A stretch of DNA of 63,445 nucleotides, filler included, from Octopus bimaculoides (taxonomy: Eukaryota): assembly GCF_001194135.2 (NCBI RefSeq). It is 8 parts of 8 records of this genome, joined end to end, with 100 filler letters (N's around TTAATTAATTAA, not from the genome) between each part and the next. Parts side by side here need not be neighbours in the genome. Positions count along the whole stretch, not along the records: positions 31,519 to 54,871 come from NC_068996.1; 7 more parts are not named here. One strand, given 5' to 3'. Within the stretch, counting starts at the first letter, position 1, and each line of letters starts with the position of its first letter. A program made the translations under genes and the position numbers. Below, one piece after another: positions 38,610 through 52,039 of the stretch. The notes below the pieces were generated by a model. The model ran no database searches. It had not been told where the DNA came from and worked only from the letters and a program-made list of their open reading frames with translations.

Positions 38610-39045
38610 ACATAGTGGCTGTCTACTCCTTATGCAGAGTTTGACCACCTCCTGTACCTACACCTTAGAACCATCATGGCATCTGATGTGGCTTTTTAAA
38701 CCAGACAATGTTTTGAAAATACACTCACACATAGACTGCATGTCTGATTTGGACCACCAACAGCTGCAGATAAGTTCTGATCTTTGTGGATCCTAAAATC
38801 CTAAAATCCGTTAAATTTGAAAACCGTCAGGCGAACACTGCAGGATAGTTTGTGGAGGTTCGTTTTCCATGGGTTCGCAAAGCAGATTTGAGCCCAGCAA
38901 AAGAAAGGCATAATCCCTCACAAACTGTACACGCAAAAAAGGTCATCGTGATTCACCTTCTTAATCGTAACATTCTTCCTTAGATCTCTTTTGAGTCTTA
39001 CATGCGCTATCCTGGCCTCTTCAAATGTTTTCATTCCACTCTACA
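38610..39045 (-). mobile_element. RTE LINE 3' end with C2H2-like motifs
   Basis: Manual translation across frameshifts: FEEARIAHVRLKRDLRK..CTVCEGLCLSFAGLKSALRTH..CSLC..FKTLSGLKSHIRCH*. Confidence 0.75.
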
Positions 39046-39055
39046 CTTTTGTTCA

Positions 39056-39274
39056 ATTTCTTTATTGCCCACAAGGGGCTAAACATAGAGAGGACAAACA
39101 AAGGGGTTAAGTCGATTACATCGACCCAGTGTGTAACTGGTACTTAATTTATCGACCCCGAAAGGATGAAAGGCAAAGTCGACCTCGGCGGAATTTGAAC
39201 TCAGAACGTAACGGCAGACGAAATACCGCTAAGCATTTCGCCCGTTATGCTAACGTTTCTGCCAGCTCACCGCC
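39056..39274 (-). mobile_element. SINE family A full copy
   Basis: Collinear reverse complement of the 13754 copy. Confidence 0.9.
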
Positions 39275-39404
39275 TTCACACTTTTGTTCCACTCCAACTC
39301 GAACCGAAGCAAGTGTTTCTATGTCTTATGAATTCATTCTAAGTGATTTCATAATAGTCCTTATGCAGTCCTTAAACCTTTCTTTTTTTTAGTTTTTTTT
39401 TTTT

Positions 39405-39625
39405 TAATCTGACCACACTGAAATTCAAAACGAAAGTTTTTACTTCACTCATTAGGGAACTTTTACACGCTGAAGATTGCGATCTTGTCAGTCATTCTGA
39501 AACAGGCCTGCAATCTCTTGTATCTGCATTTGACAATCAACTTGAAAAAAAAAACAGTTGTAATGCATCAACCTGCGTGTGGTGCTGTTTGTAACCCCGC
39601 TGAAATTTCTGTTAAGGGAAAGTTA
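39405..39625 (+). mobile_element. RTE LINE RT fragment
   Basis: LIRELLHAEDCDLVSHSETGLQSLVSAFD..INLKKKTVVMHQP (degenerate YADD region). Confidence 0.8.
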
Positions 39626-40519
39626 CTTATATATATGTGTATATATAAACAATATATGAGTATATGCATATATATGCACATGTATGTACATACCTTCATC
39701 TACATGTACATATAGATACATAACTGGGTACATGACGTGGCAAAAGGACATGGACAAAATGATAAACGAGGTACAACAAACAAGCAGGCCACATAGAAAC
39801 ATCTCCTTCATCAGCTGCCGCCATTAAAACACCGGCGTTTCGAAGAATTAAGGCAGTACGCATCGATAAAATGGTTCTTCCCACGAACACAAATTAAATT
39901 TTTTTTCGTGGAGGGTAGTGGCGGACGGAAAACAAGACAGGAAAACGAAACGGTGAAATAAACAAACAAAAAGGCTGTACAGCCAGACGTATGCGAATAA
40001 CTATTTAAGTGTTGGGTATATTCCTAGTAGAAAGCTGATGAGGTACGTTCATTTCCTATGGCTGCCTGATATCATCCACGGTATTTCTATAATTGTCACT
40101 GGAGCTACTTCAGGAATTCCTTAGTATACGTAGAGTATATAACAAATGATAGAGATGGTAAATGGAATATGCGAACTCCACCTTTGAACTTCTCTACATT
40201 ATGATCTGAAATGTAAGATTATTTCTACCCTGATGACGGAGGCTAAATTTATCCAATGGTGATTGCTTCCATTATGTCGCATATTGTGATTAGACCGTTG
40301 GTTGTATTCTGTGTAAGTTGGCTCTATTAATATAAACATCTATATATTTATACTTAAATATTCATCACCTGAAAGTCTCGACTTTTACTTTCTCTCGTAT
40401 TGCATATATGTACATATACATATTTTATTTTTCATACTCAAACTGTTATATTTTATATATATTTTTTTATTTATCCGCGTAATTGCCCCTCTCTTTTTCT
40501 GTCTATATATACATGTACA

Positions 40520-41836
40520 TATACACGTTGTTCAGTTCACTCTGCTGGCTCAGCCGCTTGAATGTTTCTAACCTAGATCCAAGGCTCCTTCACTGGAATT
40601 TCTACATGAACAGGATATTTTACTATATATGTTTGTTGATGTGCAGATTCGTATGTTTTCTTTTATGTATGTATTCTCATGAATATAGCTGCATATCTAG
40701 ACATGCTCATATACACTTAAATGACGAAAGTTTTACAGAGTTTTACAGTTCTATTGATGGCTTAAATATGTAGCCTTCGAATCAGCTTTCCCCTTTCTAC
40801 CTAACTTCTTAAGATTGGTACTTAGACACTGTGCTACATACCCCAGTGCCCCAATAATTACAATAATAACCTGATCTTGTAATCTGGATAAAGTAACTGT
40901 AGATTTCTCAATAGTTCAACGTATGTATTGTCTTTTCGCTGATCTTTTAGCTTTATGTTAACATCTGTCGGGCAGCTGATTTCCACAAATGTACAGTTTC
41001 TCTTCTGTATCCCAAATCACTTGTCTATTATGTTTACATTTTATGAAAGTTTTTACTTGGACATTCCACACATTTTTATAATGAGTGGCTATGGATTCTA
41101 CCATAATGTAGGTTCTTATTTCTTTGGCCTCGGAGTTATCCTTCCGACAGATCTTATACAGTATCTTAGCTACAACATCATGTCTCATCGGTAGATAATA
41201 CCGTGGTGAAATTTTCGGGCAACTGTTTATGGTGTAGGTGACATCTTCGTTGTTAACTCTACAAAGTATGCATCGGTTATCACATTTTGCTGGTTTTCTG
41301 CGTCAGGTATCTGGTTGATATTTACTGTTCCTGAAATGCAAACGCGAAGTGGGAGTTTGTAATCCGGTTGTTGGTCCCCGTTAGACTGCTTTGGTGATCA
41401 ATGTTACTATCATACGAAACTTTCTACTAACACATCCTTATAGTCTCTTGCTGGTACACGCCCATCCTTTCATCTGATGATACATTACAGTAGAGTCTTG
41501 CGACTTCGTTAGGCATGTATTCCAGGTTATCAGACAAGCAATGTTGCTCAAGGAGCTGCCTTCCAAGTCTTATGATGTTATCAGCCTTATGTATGGAAGG
41601 AAATTTGGTCAAGGATTGCACTTCGACATTTGGTGGTCAAAAGATGTTGCCGAAAGGATATGATACGACATTCAAAGACAGTCTGGATAGATGTCAAGCC
41701 TCTGACTCCTTGTTTTCAATTTAGGTAGAGTTGGACGACGTCACTCTTGATGTGGAAATGATGTGTGCTGGTAAGTATCTTCCGAGTCCTTGCATCAATG
41801 GGATCTCACCAAACGTCCAATCAAGTAGCCCCAATG
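40520..41836 (-). mobile_element. Second RLE non-LTR family, 5'-truncated decayed copy
   Basis: Translated remnants DARTRKILTS..KSDVVQLYL..GVRGL; AFQEQ; CDNRCILC..SCPKISPRYYLPMRHDVVAK; IIGALGYV. The 3' UTR (GAAGGAGCCTTGGATCTAGGTTAGAAAC..AACTGAACAA) matches 60006-60540. Confidence 0.85.
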
Positions 41837-41885
41837 TTATGTATGCATGTATGCATGTATGTATGTATGTATGTATGTATGTATA

Positions 41886-42010
41886 GGCGCAAGCGTGGCT
41901 CTGTAGGAAGGAACAAGCTTGATTCTCAACCACGTCACTCTGTGTGGTACCTTTGGCAAGTATCTTCTATTATAACCACTTGTGAGTGGACGGAAACTGA
42001 AAGAAGTTGT
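41886..42010 (+). mobile_element. SINE family B head/CORE, degenerate
   Basis: GGCGCAAGCGTGGC..GGCAAGTATCTTCT..GGAAACTGAAAGAAG. Confidence 0.7.
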
Positions 42011-42553
42011 GTATGTATATATATATATACATAAACACGCACATACACGCACACATACACACACATACACGCACACATAAACACGCACATATACGCACGC
42101 GCACACACACGTGCACACGCACGCACACACACATACGCACACACACACACATATATATATACATACATGCATACATACAAACATACATACATACGTACAT
42201 ATATACACGTGTGTGGGTGCGCGTGTCTTTGTGCCTGTGTTTGTTCAGTCTAGCAGTACAAAATGCTCCATACTTAGTGTTGCCGGCGACTATATCGCCT
42301 CCTAACATGAAGCTTATTAGTGACAGGCATTGCGAGAAATCTAGGTGGAGAGAAACAAGTAACTATCAACTGATGGACAGATGAACCGAACGGTGGATCA
42401 ATGACCGTCTCGTAAATGTGATGTGTACATTGATGTTATAACATAAAGATCGTGCATATTCTGCTCGTTCCAGTTAAGGTCTAGTCACAAGGACGAAAGG
42501 CGTCCAATCTGAAAAGTGAATGAAGTTCTGTGCATGCTTCATTCATTTCAATC

Positions 42554-43580
42554 AATTTCACTCAGGAAATCATTGGAAAACTCACTATGGATTTGTCACA
42601 AATGCCTGCGTCGATGGCTAGACGCTTATCAATTGGCAGCGTATTGTTTCAGACCCGCTATTAAGGAGCGTGGTCACTTCTTTTCCAATCTATGATCAAG
42701 AAATTCGATAGCACTTGGAGTAACAGCAGATCTTACCATGGATAGCACCGGTCATCTTTTAATCAGGAAAGATCTACAAAATGTGAACTCAAAAAGACTG
42801 CATAATTTTAGAACTGGCCAGTAATATCGCACAGTTTGTAGTCGTCCTAATTCAGCAGGTTTCCTTTAAAAACGATTATAGAAATGAACGACTTTCCAAG
42901 ATTTGAGCCGTCTATGTACATAGTTGGCCTTTCGAATGCTTGCATGTAAATAGCTATCAATACATGTATGTATATGTTTACGTACCTATGTTTGTGTCTC
43001 TTCTATTTTTTAATTATTATAAATCTTCCACTGAGAAAGGAGCCTGTTTCCAACAAAGATACAAGGATCTATCTTTGGGATGTAGTTAACAGACAAATTC
43101 ACATTTGGAAAATACATAGATACATACATACATACTTACATACATGCATGCATGCCTGCATGTATGTATGTATGTATGGATGGATGGATGGATGGATGGA
43201 TGGATGGATGGATGGATGGATGGATGGATGGATGTACGTACGTACGCATGTATCTGAAAAATTTGGAAGTTCTTTGCATACTTCACTCTGTTATAAATTT
43301 CACTCACAGGAAATCCGTGAAAATTTCATATGGATCTCTCACAAAAGTCTTCATCGATGAGTTTTAATAGAAAATAGAGGCTTCTCACTAGTAGCATATA
43401 GTTCCAGATGCGCTATTAAGGAGCGTTATCACTTCTTTTCCAGTCTATGATAGAGGAGAAATCTGGCGGCACTTGGAGTGACTGAGAAAATCTTACCAAG
43501 GATAGCACTGGTTGACTCATAATCAGAAAGGGTCTAGAAAAAGTGAACTTAAATAGATTGCATAATTTTAGATTTGGCTA
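42554..43580. repeat. Diverged direct duplication of a ~270-285-bp unit (42554-42820 and 43295-43580)
   Basis: Shared blocks AATTTCACTCA..GGAAATC, CGCTATTAAGGAGCGT..TCACTTCTTTTCCA.TCTATGAT, GCACTTGGAGT, TCTTACCA.GGATAGCAC, TGCATAATTTTAGA. Confidence 0.85.
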
Positions 43581-43624
43581 ACAATAGAACACAGACACAA
43601 AGACAGACACACACACACATATAA

Positions 43625-43734
43625 GACAAGGCATTGGTTGGCTATAGGATATAGTAGAAAACACTTGCCGACGGTGCAACGAGATGGGACTGAACCGGGA
43701 ACCGTGTGGATGCTTTTTACCACACAATCACACC
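43625..43734 (-). mobile_element. SINE family B head/CORE, degenerate
   Basis: TATAGTAGAAAACACTTGCC..GGGACTGAACCGGGAACC. Confidence 0.65.
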
Positions 43735-44599
43735 TATATATATATATATATATATNNNNNNNNNNNNNNNNNNNNNNNNNNNNNNNNNNNNNNNNNNNNN
43801 NNNNNNNNNNNNNNNNNNNNNNNNNNNNNNNNNNNNNNNNNNNNNNNNNNNNNNNNNNNNNNNNNNNNNNNNNNNNNNNNNNNNNNNNNNNNNNNNNNNN
43901 NNNNNNNNNNNNNNNNNNNNNNNNNNNNNNNNNNNNNNNNNNNNNNNNNNNNNNNNNNNNNNNNNNNNNNNNNNNNNNNNNNNNNNNNNNNNNNNNNNNN
44001 NNNNNNNNNNNNNNNNNNNNNNNNNNNNNNNNNNNNNNNNNNNNNNNNNNNNNNNNNNNNNNNNNNNNNNNNNNNNNNNNNNNNNNNNNNNNNNNNNNNN
44101 NNNNNNNNNNNNNNNNNNNNNNNNNNNNNNNNNNNNNNNNNNNNNNNNNNNNNNNNNNNNNNNNNNNNNNNNNNNNNNNNNNNNNNNNNNNNNNNNNNNN
44201 NNNNNNNNNNNNNNNNNNNNNNNNNNNNNNNNNNNNNNNNNNNNNNNNNNNNNNNNNNNNNNNNNNNNNNNNNNNNNNNNNNNNNNNNNNNNNNNNNNNN
44301 NNNNNNNNNNNNNNNNNNNNNNNNNNNNNNNNNNNNNNNNNNNNNNNNNNNNNNNNNNNNNNNNNNNNNNNNNNNNNNNNNNNNNNNNNNNNNNNNNNNN
44401 NNNNNNNNNNNNNNNNNNNNNNNNNNNNNNNNNNNNNNNNNNNNNNNNNNNNNNNNNNNNNNNNNNNNNNNCTACAATTGTTAAACACTGTCCAAAAATT
44501 GAAACTGTTAAATCACCATATAGAATTTTCAGCTTCAATAAACGTTTTGTACTGAGATATTTTCTTTTTCTCTATTTTCACTCTATCTATGCAAACAGA

Positions 44600-44626
44600 A
44601 ATCTATCTGCCTATCTATCTATCTGC

Positions 44627-44676
<50 letters not shown>

Positions 44677-44709
44677 GTCTGTCTGTCTATCTGTCTGTCT
44701 GTCTGATTG

Positions 44710-44744
<35 letters not shown>

Positions 44745-44915
44745 GTATGTCAGTCAGTTAGTCAGTCTGTTGTATCTGTGTTTGTCTGCCTATCTGTGTA
44801 TGTCTCTCTCTCGTTCTCTCTCTCCCTCTCTTTCTTTTACACTCTCTCTCTTTCTCTCGCTTTCTCTCCCTCTCTCTTTATCTATCTGTCTGTCTATCTG
44901 TCTGTATGTATGTAG
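44600..44915. repeat. (CTAT)n/(CTGT)n/(CT)n compound microsatellite
   Basis: Direct inspection. Confidence 0.95.
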
Positions 44916-45165
44916 GTTTGTACGTCTGTCGCATAATATAAATGTTTTTAGTTTGTCTTTTAAGTTATCATAAGTACTATAAACTTCAAGAATTTTATTG
45001 TTTCCAGTATTAATTGATTAAATTATGTTCATTTTCTTTTTACAGAAAATAACTATATCGCCTCTCATCTACAATTACTAATACCACCACACCCCTACCA
45101 CTACTATTACATCTACTACAACTACAACTACAACAACTACTACTACTATTACTCTGCTGCTGCTG

Positions 45166-45217
<52 letters not shown>

Positions 45218-45329
45218 AACTACTACTACCACTACTTCTGCTGTTACTACNNNNNNNNNNTATATCCTTACCCCTTGGCAATGTTTTATGTAGAAAAATT
45301 GTGTAGATGATATGTGTGTGTGTATGGTG

Positions 45330-45377
<48 letters not shown>

Positions 45378-45846
45378 TGTGTGTGCATGCGTGTGTGCAT
45401 GAGTATGTGTATGTATGTGTGTATATATATATACATATATATGTATATATAATATGTATGTATGTATGTATCTCTATACAAATTGCATATTATTAATTTG
45501 TTTAGTCACTAGCAGAAAAACGATATTAATTAGAAATGCAATCTTGTGCTTGTATTAAGTGATACGTCTCCTAACTTCGTAATTGCATTTGTGATTCTGC
45601 TCTTCAGGAACAATACATTTCAATAGAACTCTCTTATGAAAAGAGTCGGAAAAATGCAAATAACTGAAATATTTCATTTGTATTATTTGTCTTCCATTTT
45701 CCACATTTTCACTCCCTCGCTCCTGATGAATTTTTTCTCCCCCTTTCGTTTTCTACTGCAACGTATCTTTTTTTTTTATGTTTATTTATTACGAGTGTTT
45801 TTACTATTTTTTTATTGTTGTTGTCTCTATTAATATTATTAATGAA

Positions 45847-46270
45847 GGCGGCGAGCTGGCAGAATCATTAGCACGCCGATCATGATGCTTACAGGCATTT
45901 CGTCCGTATTTTACGTTCAGAGTTCAAGTTCTGGCGAGGTCGACTTTGCCTTTCATCCTTTCTGGGTCGATAAAATAAGTACCAGTCGGGTTCTGGGGTC
46001 GATGTATTTGACTCAACCCCTACCACAAAATCGCACGCCAAAATTTGAAACCGTTATTATTATTAGTAGTAGTAGTAGTAGTAGTAGTTATAGCATAAAG
46101 TCGGCTGGCTGGCCGCTGGCTGGCCGCTGGCTGGCAGAATCGTTAGCGCTCCGGCCGAAATTCATCTATCCTTATGTTCTGAGTTAAATACTGCCAAGAT
46201 CGACTTTGCCTTTTATCTTTTCAGGGTCTGTAAAGTCTATAAAACACTGGGGTTGATGTAGAAAGTATTA
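45847..46270 (+). mobile_element. Two SINE family A copies in tandem
   Basis: Copies at about 45847-46052 and 46130-46270, separated by (TAG)n. Confidence 0.85.
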
Positions 46271-46274
46271 TCAT

Positions 46275-46460
46275 TCCTCTTCTTCTTCTTCTTCTTCTTC
46301 TTCTTCTTCTTCTTCTTCTTCTTCTTCTTCTTCTTCTTCTTCGTCTTCTCCTCCTCATCCTCCTCCTCCTTCTTCTTCTTCTTCTTCTCCTCCACCTCCT
46401 CCTCCTTCTTCTTCTTCTTCTTCTTCTTCTTCTCCTCCTCCTCCTCCTCCTCCTGCTGCT
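46275..46460. repeat. (CTT)n/(CCT)n microsatellite
   Basis: Direct inspection. Confidence 0.96.
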
Positions 46461-46639
46461 GTTGATGCTGCAATGATGTCTATATTATTATTATTATTAT
46501 TATATCTTTCTCCGTTTTCTTCCTCTGTTTAGACGAACTTTCCTACCTTTTCGGACAAAACCTTTTGTAACCTTCGTCCTGTCTTTGTCCTTATATGTCT
46601 TTAATTGATATTAGCCCTTGTGGCCAATAAAACGAATTA

Positions 46640-46699
<60 letters not shown>

Positions 46700-46899
46700 G
46701 ATTGATTGATTGAGAGAGAGAGCAATGCCATCAAAGAGACACTGGGGCCCACTATGCCCATCATGACTACCCGTCTGATAAGGATTACACCAGGCATATG
46801 CATCACAGCCATATGCGTGCGTTCATTCTGAATTGCATGATAGAAGTGCAGCAACTGTTGTTGCAAAACAGGTGAGATCAATGGAAAAGTAAAAATCGT

Positions 46900-47624
46900 T
46901 TGAACAATTGGCTGATAGATAGGAACAAAAACCTCTGCTTGGCAAATATGTGGCCCGTAGCAAACAAGCTGAGAGTGAAGGCTTGATCTTGGCTGCTCAA
47001 GATCAGAGCTTATTGACCCGGAACTACCAAGCCGATGTGATGAAAAGTGGAGTAGACTCAAAGTGTCGATACTGCAACGACGAGATTGAAACAGTGGACC
47101 ACCTAATCTCTGGGTGTAAGGTTTTAGTACCAGCAGAGTATAAATCAAGGCATAACAGACTTGGCCAATATCTACACTCGATAATGTTTCGGCATTATAC
47201 AATCAAAACTGCTGACTAATAGTAAAAGCACCACCTTGTGGCTGTAACTGAGGGAGAAAATGTAACGATGCTTTGGGACTTTCCAGTACCTACAGACCAG
47301 ACCATCAAAGCTAATAAATCAGATATTATTGTGAAAGACCAAAACAATAAAGTTTGTTTATTGATTAACATGAACATACCCAGTGATCATATCTCGGCAA
47401 AATAATTTGATAAGCTCAGAAAATATAAAGATTTGCTAATCAAAATCGTAAAGATGTGGCATCTCAAGACAGTTAAAATATCTGATTGTAGGAGCTGTTG
47501 GAATGATCAAAAGGGAACTGAAAATTATTTGAGGATGATCCATGGTTTACCATCCATGGAGGAAGTGCATAAAATTATCTTAACTGGTACGTCACCCGTA
47601 TTGAGAACAGCATTGTTGCTGTGA
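46900..47624 (+). mobile_element. R4/Dong-like RLE retrotransposon 3' fragment
   Basis: EGLILAAQDQSLLTRNY..KCRYCNDEIETVDHLISGC..YKSRHN (46950-47219); LWDFPV and KKYKDL remnants; C-terminal VHKIILTGTSPVLRTALL. Confidence 0.88.
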
Positions 47625-48034
47625 ATTTTCTTTCCCATATATTCTTTGTTTTCTTCTCATTTTTCTTTTTTGTCCTTCTTTCCTCTGGCTTTCGTCCACC
47701 TTTTTTCTATCCTGATGAAAGAAGACCTCTAAAGATAATCGAGGAATCCCAGGAGGGGCAAGTGCCCTCACCAAATCCTTTTCCCCACTCTTCCTATTTT
47801 CACAACTTTCACCCACCTTTCAATAAATGTACTCGAGAATAGTACCTCTCTCTGCCCTCACTTTCCTTTACGAGTGAAATTTGAAAAAAGTCGATGAGGG
47901 TTCTACGAAGGAGGAATGTCTTAATCCTCATTCCTTTCAGCTGCGTCCACTAGACAATCACAAACACGCGCGCACACAGACACACAGACACACAAACACA
48001 CACGTACAAACACACGCACACGCATATATATACA

Positions 48035-48190
48035 CACGAAGGCGACAAGTTTCTTTCAGTTTCCGTCTACTAAATCCACTCATAAGGTTTTGGTGACTCA
48101 GTAGAAGACACTTGTCCAAGTTAATGTGCAGTGAGACTTAATGCGGTACCATGTGGTTGAAAATCAAGCTTCTAACCACACACGTGCTTC
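48035..48190 (-). mobile_element. SINE family B head/CORE
   Basis: TTTCTTTCAGTTTCCGTCTAC..GAAGACACTTGTCCAAG. Confidence 0.75.
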
Positions 48191-48210
48191 CATCATCGTC
48201 GTCGTCGTCG

Positions 48211-48278
<68 letters not shown>

Positions 48279-48284
48279 GTTCAG

Positions 48285-50075
48285 TAGTTTTATTTTTATA
48301 ACGTGCTTTCACTTCACTACCGAGCGCAGCTCTGTATGCCTTGGGTATGTGCTGTGGTTTGCTGTGGTGCTCTTATGATTACTGTATTGAAAGTGTTTTG
48401 CGTAGGATGTGTGCAGTGCCCAGTAGTGCAATTTTCTGTATGTTATATATATTTGTAATTCCTGGTGTTTTTGTTATATATTTGTCTGAATATCTTTTTA
48501 TCATACCTAATGCGCCTACTATGATAGGAATTGTTTCTGCTTTTAGTTTCCACATTCGAGTTACCTCTATTTCCAGATCTTTGTAATTTGAAAGTTTCTC
48601 CGTTTCTTTTAGAGAAACGTTATCATCTGTTGGCATTGATACATCGATTAGAAAGCATTTTTTTTCTTGATGATTTTTGACAACAAATATCCAGCCTATA
48701 GGCTTTAATTTCTCTCTCTCAGTGTATCGGCATATTCCATAGTATGGTTGCTTTCTCGTTTTCTGTGACCTTTTCTGACCTGAGCCTATACCATCTTTCT
48801 TCTGTTGTTATTCCATAGTGTAGACATAGCTTCAAGTGTATACAGATCCCAACTTTGTTGTGACTGAATATATTCCTTCTTAGCCAGGACTGGGCAGCCA
48901 GAGACAACATAACTTATTGTTTCTTGTCCTTCTCCACATATTCTGCAGTTACTTGTTATGTTTCTTTCCATTATAATGATTTGGTTATTTTTGTTGGGGA
49001 GGCTTTGAGTCCTGAGCTTCAGTCTCTGCTTTGAGTCCTGAGCTTCTCAGCTATTGCTGGGATTTTCCTTTGTCTATTTCTTTTGCATTTAGTTTAACCC
49101 AGTATTTTTCATGAAGGGGCTTTTCTTGTTACCGTTTTATCATGATTCGTTGTTGTTCCAATTTTAGTTTGGATTTCAGTTGTTTTACAGCTTCTGTTGT
49201 TTCTTCTTTTTCTTCATAATCGTTAGGCAGTATGATTTTTTTCTGTATTTGTCAGCTTCCTGAAAGTCTAAGAGCAGTTTTTGTTTTGTTCGTGTTTTGT
49301 GGCTATTTGTATTAGTTTTCCTTGATTCTGAAGTAAGTATTTTTATAGTCCTATGATGGTTATTTTGTAATACTTTTCTAACCGTATAAGGTTTGTACCA
49401 CCTTCAATGTGTCGTATATATATAATCTTTCTGTGTCAGATTTTGGGTGGTGCATCCTAAATCCTGTCGTTATTTTTCTTGTTCTGTCTATTTTGATTAG
49501 TTCATTTAGTGTCCAGTTAAGGATATTGTAGCTGTAACTTATAATCCGTACGGCTAGAATGGTGATACCTATAATCTTACTTTTAGCATTGAGCTCTGTT
49601 TTCAGTATTAATCTAACTCGTCTATAGTATTCTTTTTTTTATTTTCTTTCATTTGTGTGTGTTGTATCGTATCTAGTTCATTGATTCCTAAATATTTGTA
49701 TGTCTGACTTTGGTCTAATTCTCTTATTTCATTGGCTGTATCTAGTGTGATGTTGCTACTCTTAACTAGTTTTCTTCTTTTCAAGGTTGCTTTGGCACAT
49801 GTTTATTTCTTTGGTAAATCCATGTACTGTCTGTAATAATGATTCCAGCTGTTTATCATTTGTGGCATACAGTTTTAGGTCATCCATATATAAGAAGTGG
49901 TTGATTGTTTTGTTGTAACAGTTGTATTCACATTCAGTTCTGTTTAGCATGTCAGATAAAGGTGTGAGTGCCAGGCAGAAAAGAAGTGGCGAGCGCAGGC
50001 ATCCCTAGAATATTCCTCTTCTAATAGGGATCGCTTTGCTTTTTATGAGTCCCTCTTTTATCTGGAGCTGTAGCA
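48285..50075 (-). mobile_element. R4/Dong-like RLE non-LTR retrotransposon, 5'-truncated, decayed
   Basis: RT motif NHFLYMDDLKLYA (49762-49950); CRICGEGQETISYVVSGCPVLA zinc knuckle; endonuclease/C-terminus IIVGALG..IQKIALLGTAHILRKTL (48379-48636). (TAA)n on the sense strand at both ends. Confidence 0.92.
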
Positions 50076-50153
50076 CTACTACCATTTATTCATGGTTGTA
50101 GTTGCTGTTGTTGTTCTTCTTCTTCTTCTTCTTCTTATTATTATTATTATTAC

Positions 50154-50196
<43 letters not shown>

Positions 50197-50607
50197 GTTA
50201 TTATTATTATTATTGCTATATCTATTATTATTAATGTTGTATTGTTATATATGCGATTGATTTTTGTTGAATTCTCAGTGCGCATGCCCCGGAATATTTT
50301 CTCACGAGTACTAAAGAGGACAAAGAATCTCACAAAAACCCTTTTCCTGTTTTCAATTGACTACGTTATAATCCTTTATCTGCCAATTAGCAAATCGATT
50401 AACTTGTCCAGAGATTAGTAGCTTGTTGACAAGTTGCATTAATCTGATGGCGCCCTGTATCTTAGGCCGTTCCGTCATTCACCTGCATGAAGACATTTTA
50501 CGGTGTCAGAGTACTGAATCAAAAAACAAAAAAAAAAGAAAGAAAGCAACTAGCCTTGTCCAGTAGAGTGGGCAGAGGAGGAAGAGAAGCAGATATAAGT
50601 ATACACA

Positions 50608-50723
<116 letters not shown>

Positions 50724-50890
50724 ATCACAAACATCCAAACATACAGATACGCATACACACGAACACAACCACACATGTCACGTATATGTGCGTGTGCATG
50801 TGTGTATATATATGTATACACACAGACATACAAATATGCATATATACATATATACGCATATACATATACATATACATATATTTATATGTC

Positions 50891-50940
<50 letters not shown>

Positions 50941-51362
50941 NNNNNNNNNNNNNNNNNNNNNNNNNNNNNNNNNNNNNNNNNNNNNNNNNNNNNNNNNNNN
51001 NNNNNNNNNNNNNNNNNNNNNNNNNNNNNNNNNNNNNNNNNNNNNNNNNNNNNNNNNNNNNNNNNNNNNNNNNNNNNNNNNNNNNNNNNNNNNNNNNNNN
51101 NNNNNNNNNNNNNNNNNNNNNNNNNNNNNNNNNNNNNNNNNNNNNNNNNNNNNNNNNNNNNNNNNNNNNNNNNNNNNNNNNNNNNNNNNNNNNNNNNNNN
51201 NNNNNNNNNNNNNNNNNNNNNNNNNNNNNNNNNNNNNNNNNNNNNNNNNNNNNNNNNNNNNNNNNNNNNNNNNNNNNNNNNNNNNNNNNNNNNNNNNNNN
51301 NNNNNNNNNNNNNNNNNNNNNNNNNNNNNNNNNNNNNNNNNNNNNNNNNNNNNNNNNNNNNN

Positions 51363-51404
<42 letters not shown>

Positions 51405-51589
51405 AAACTCAAACACACACACTCAGCAAACGCACTTACCCTTAACGTAGTTCTCAGGAAGATTCACAAAATGTAAGGAAGGCGGTTCTTTTGAATTACG
51501 GCTTATTTTCGGCGGAAAGGAGCAACACGAAATAAAGTATCTTCCTCAAAGACACATGCCACTGGAAATCAAACCCGTGACATTACAGT

Positions 51590-51680
51590 CGTGATGATCA
51601 TGATGATGATGATGGTGATTATGATGATGATGATGGTGGTAGTGGTGGTGATGACGGAGGTGATGGGTAGTGGTGGTGGC

Positions 51681-51711
<31 letters not shown>

Positions 51712-51775
51712 TTGAAGATTTTATGATGATTATCATGATCATGATTACGATGATGATGATGGCGATGCTGATGAT
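51590..51775. repeat. (GAT/GGT)n microsatellite
   Basis: Direct inspection. Confidence 0.93.
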
Positions 51776-52039
51776 TAAAACGGCCGCATTGAATATTGTG
51801 ACTGACGAACTCTTAGGAGTAGAGTTACACAGATGGACAAAGTTGTTGGCAGCTTAGTAGGTGGTTTGCTATTGTAGGATGATGAGTGGTTAAGTGTATG
51901 CAGGTAGGTTGGTAAGGGGGTAAGCAGGAAGATAATCAGCCAGGTAAGTAGTCGCGTAGACGGATAGTTGGGTTGATAGATAAGTGGGTGTGTAACGGGA
52001 TATAATATGATGTTGTTCACGGTGGGTGGGAATAATGGT

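Noticed and set aside
46237-46473. Poly-E/K ORF, and the poly-S ORF at 52969-53232
   Set aside because: (CTT)n/(CCT)n and (AGC/AGT)n microsatellite translations.
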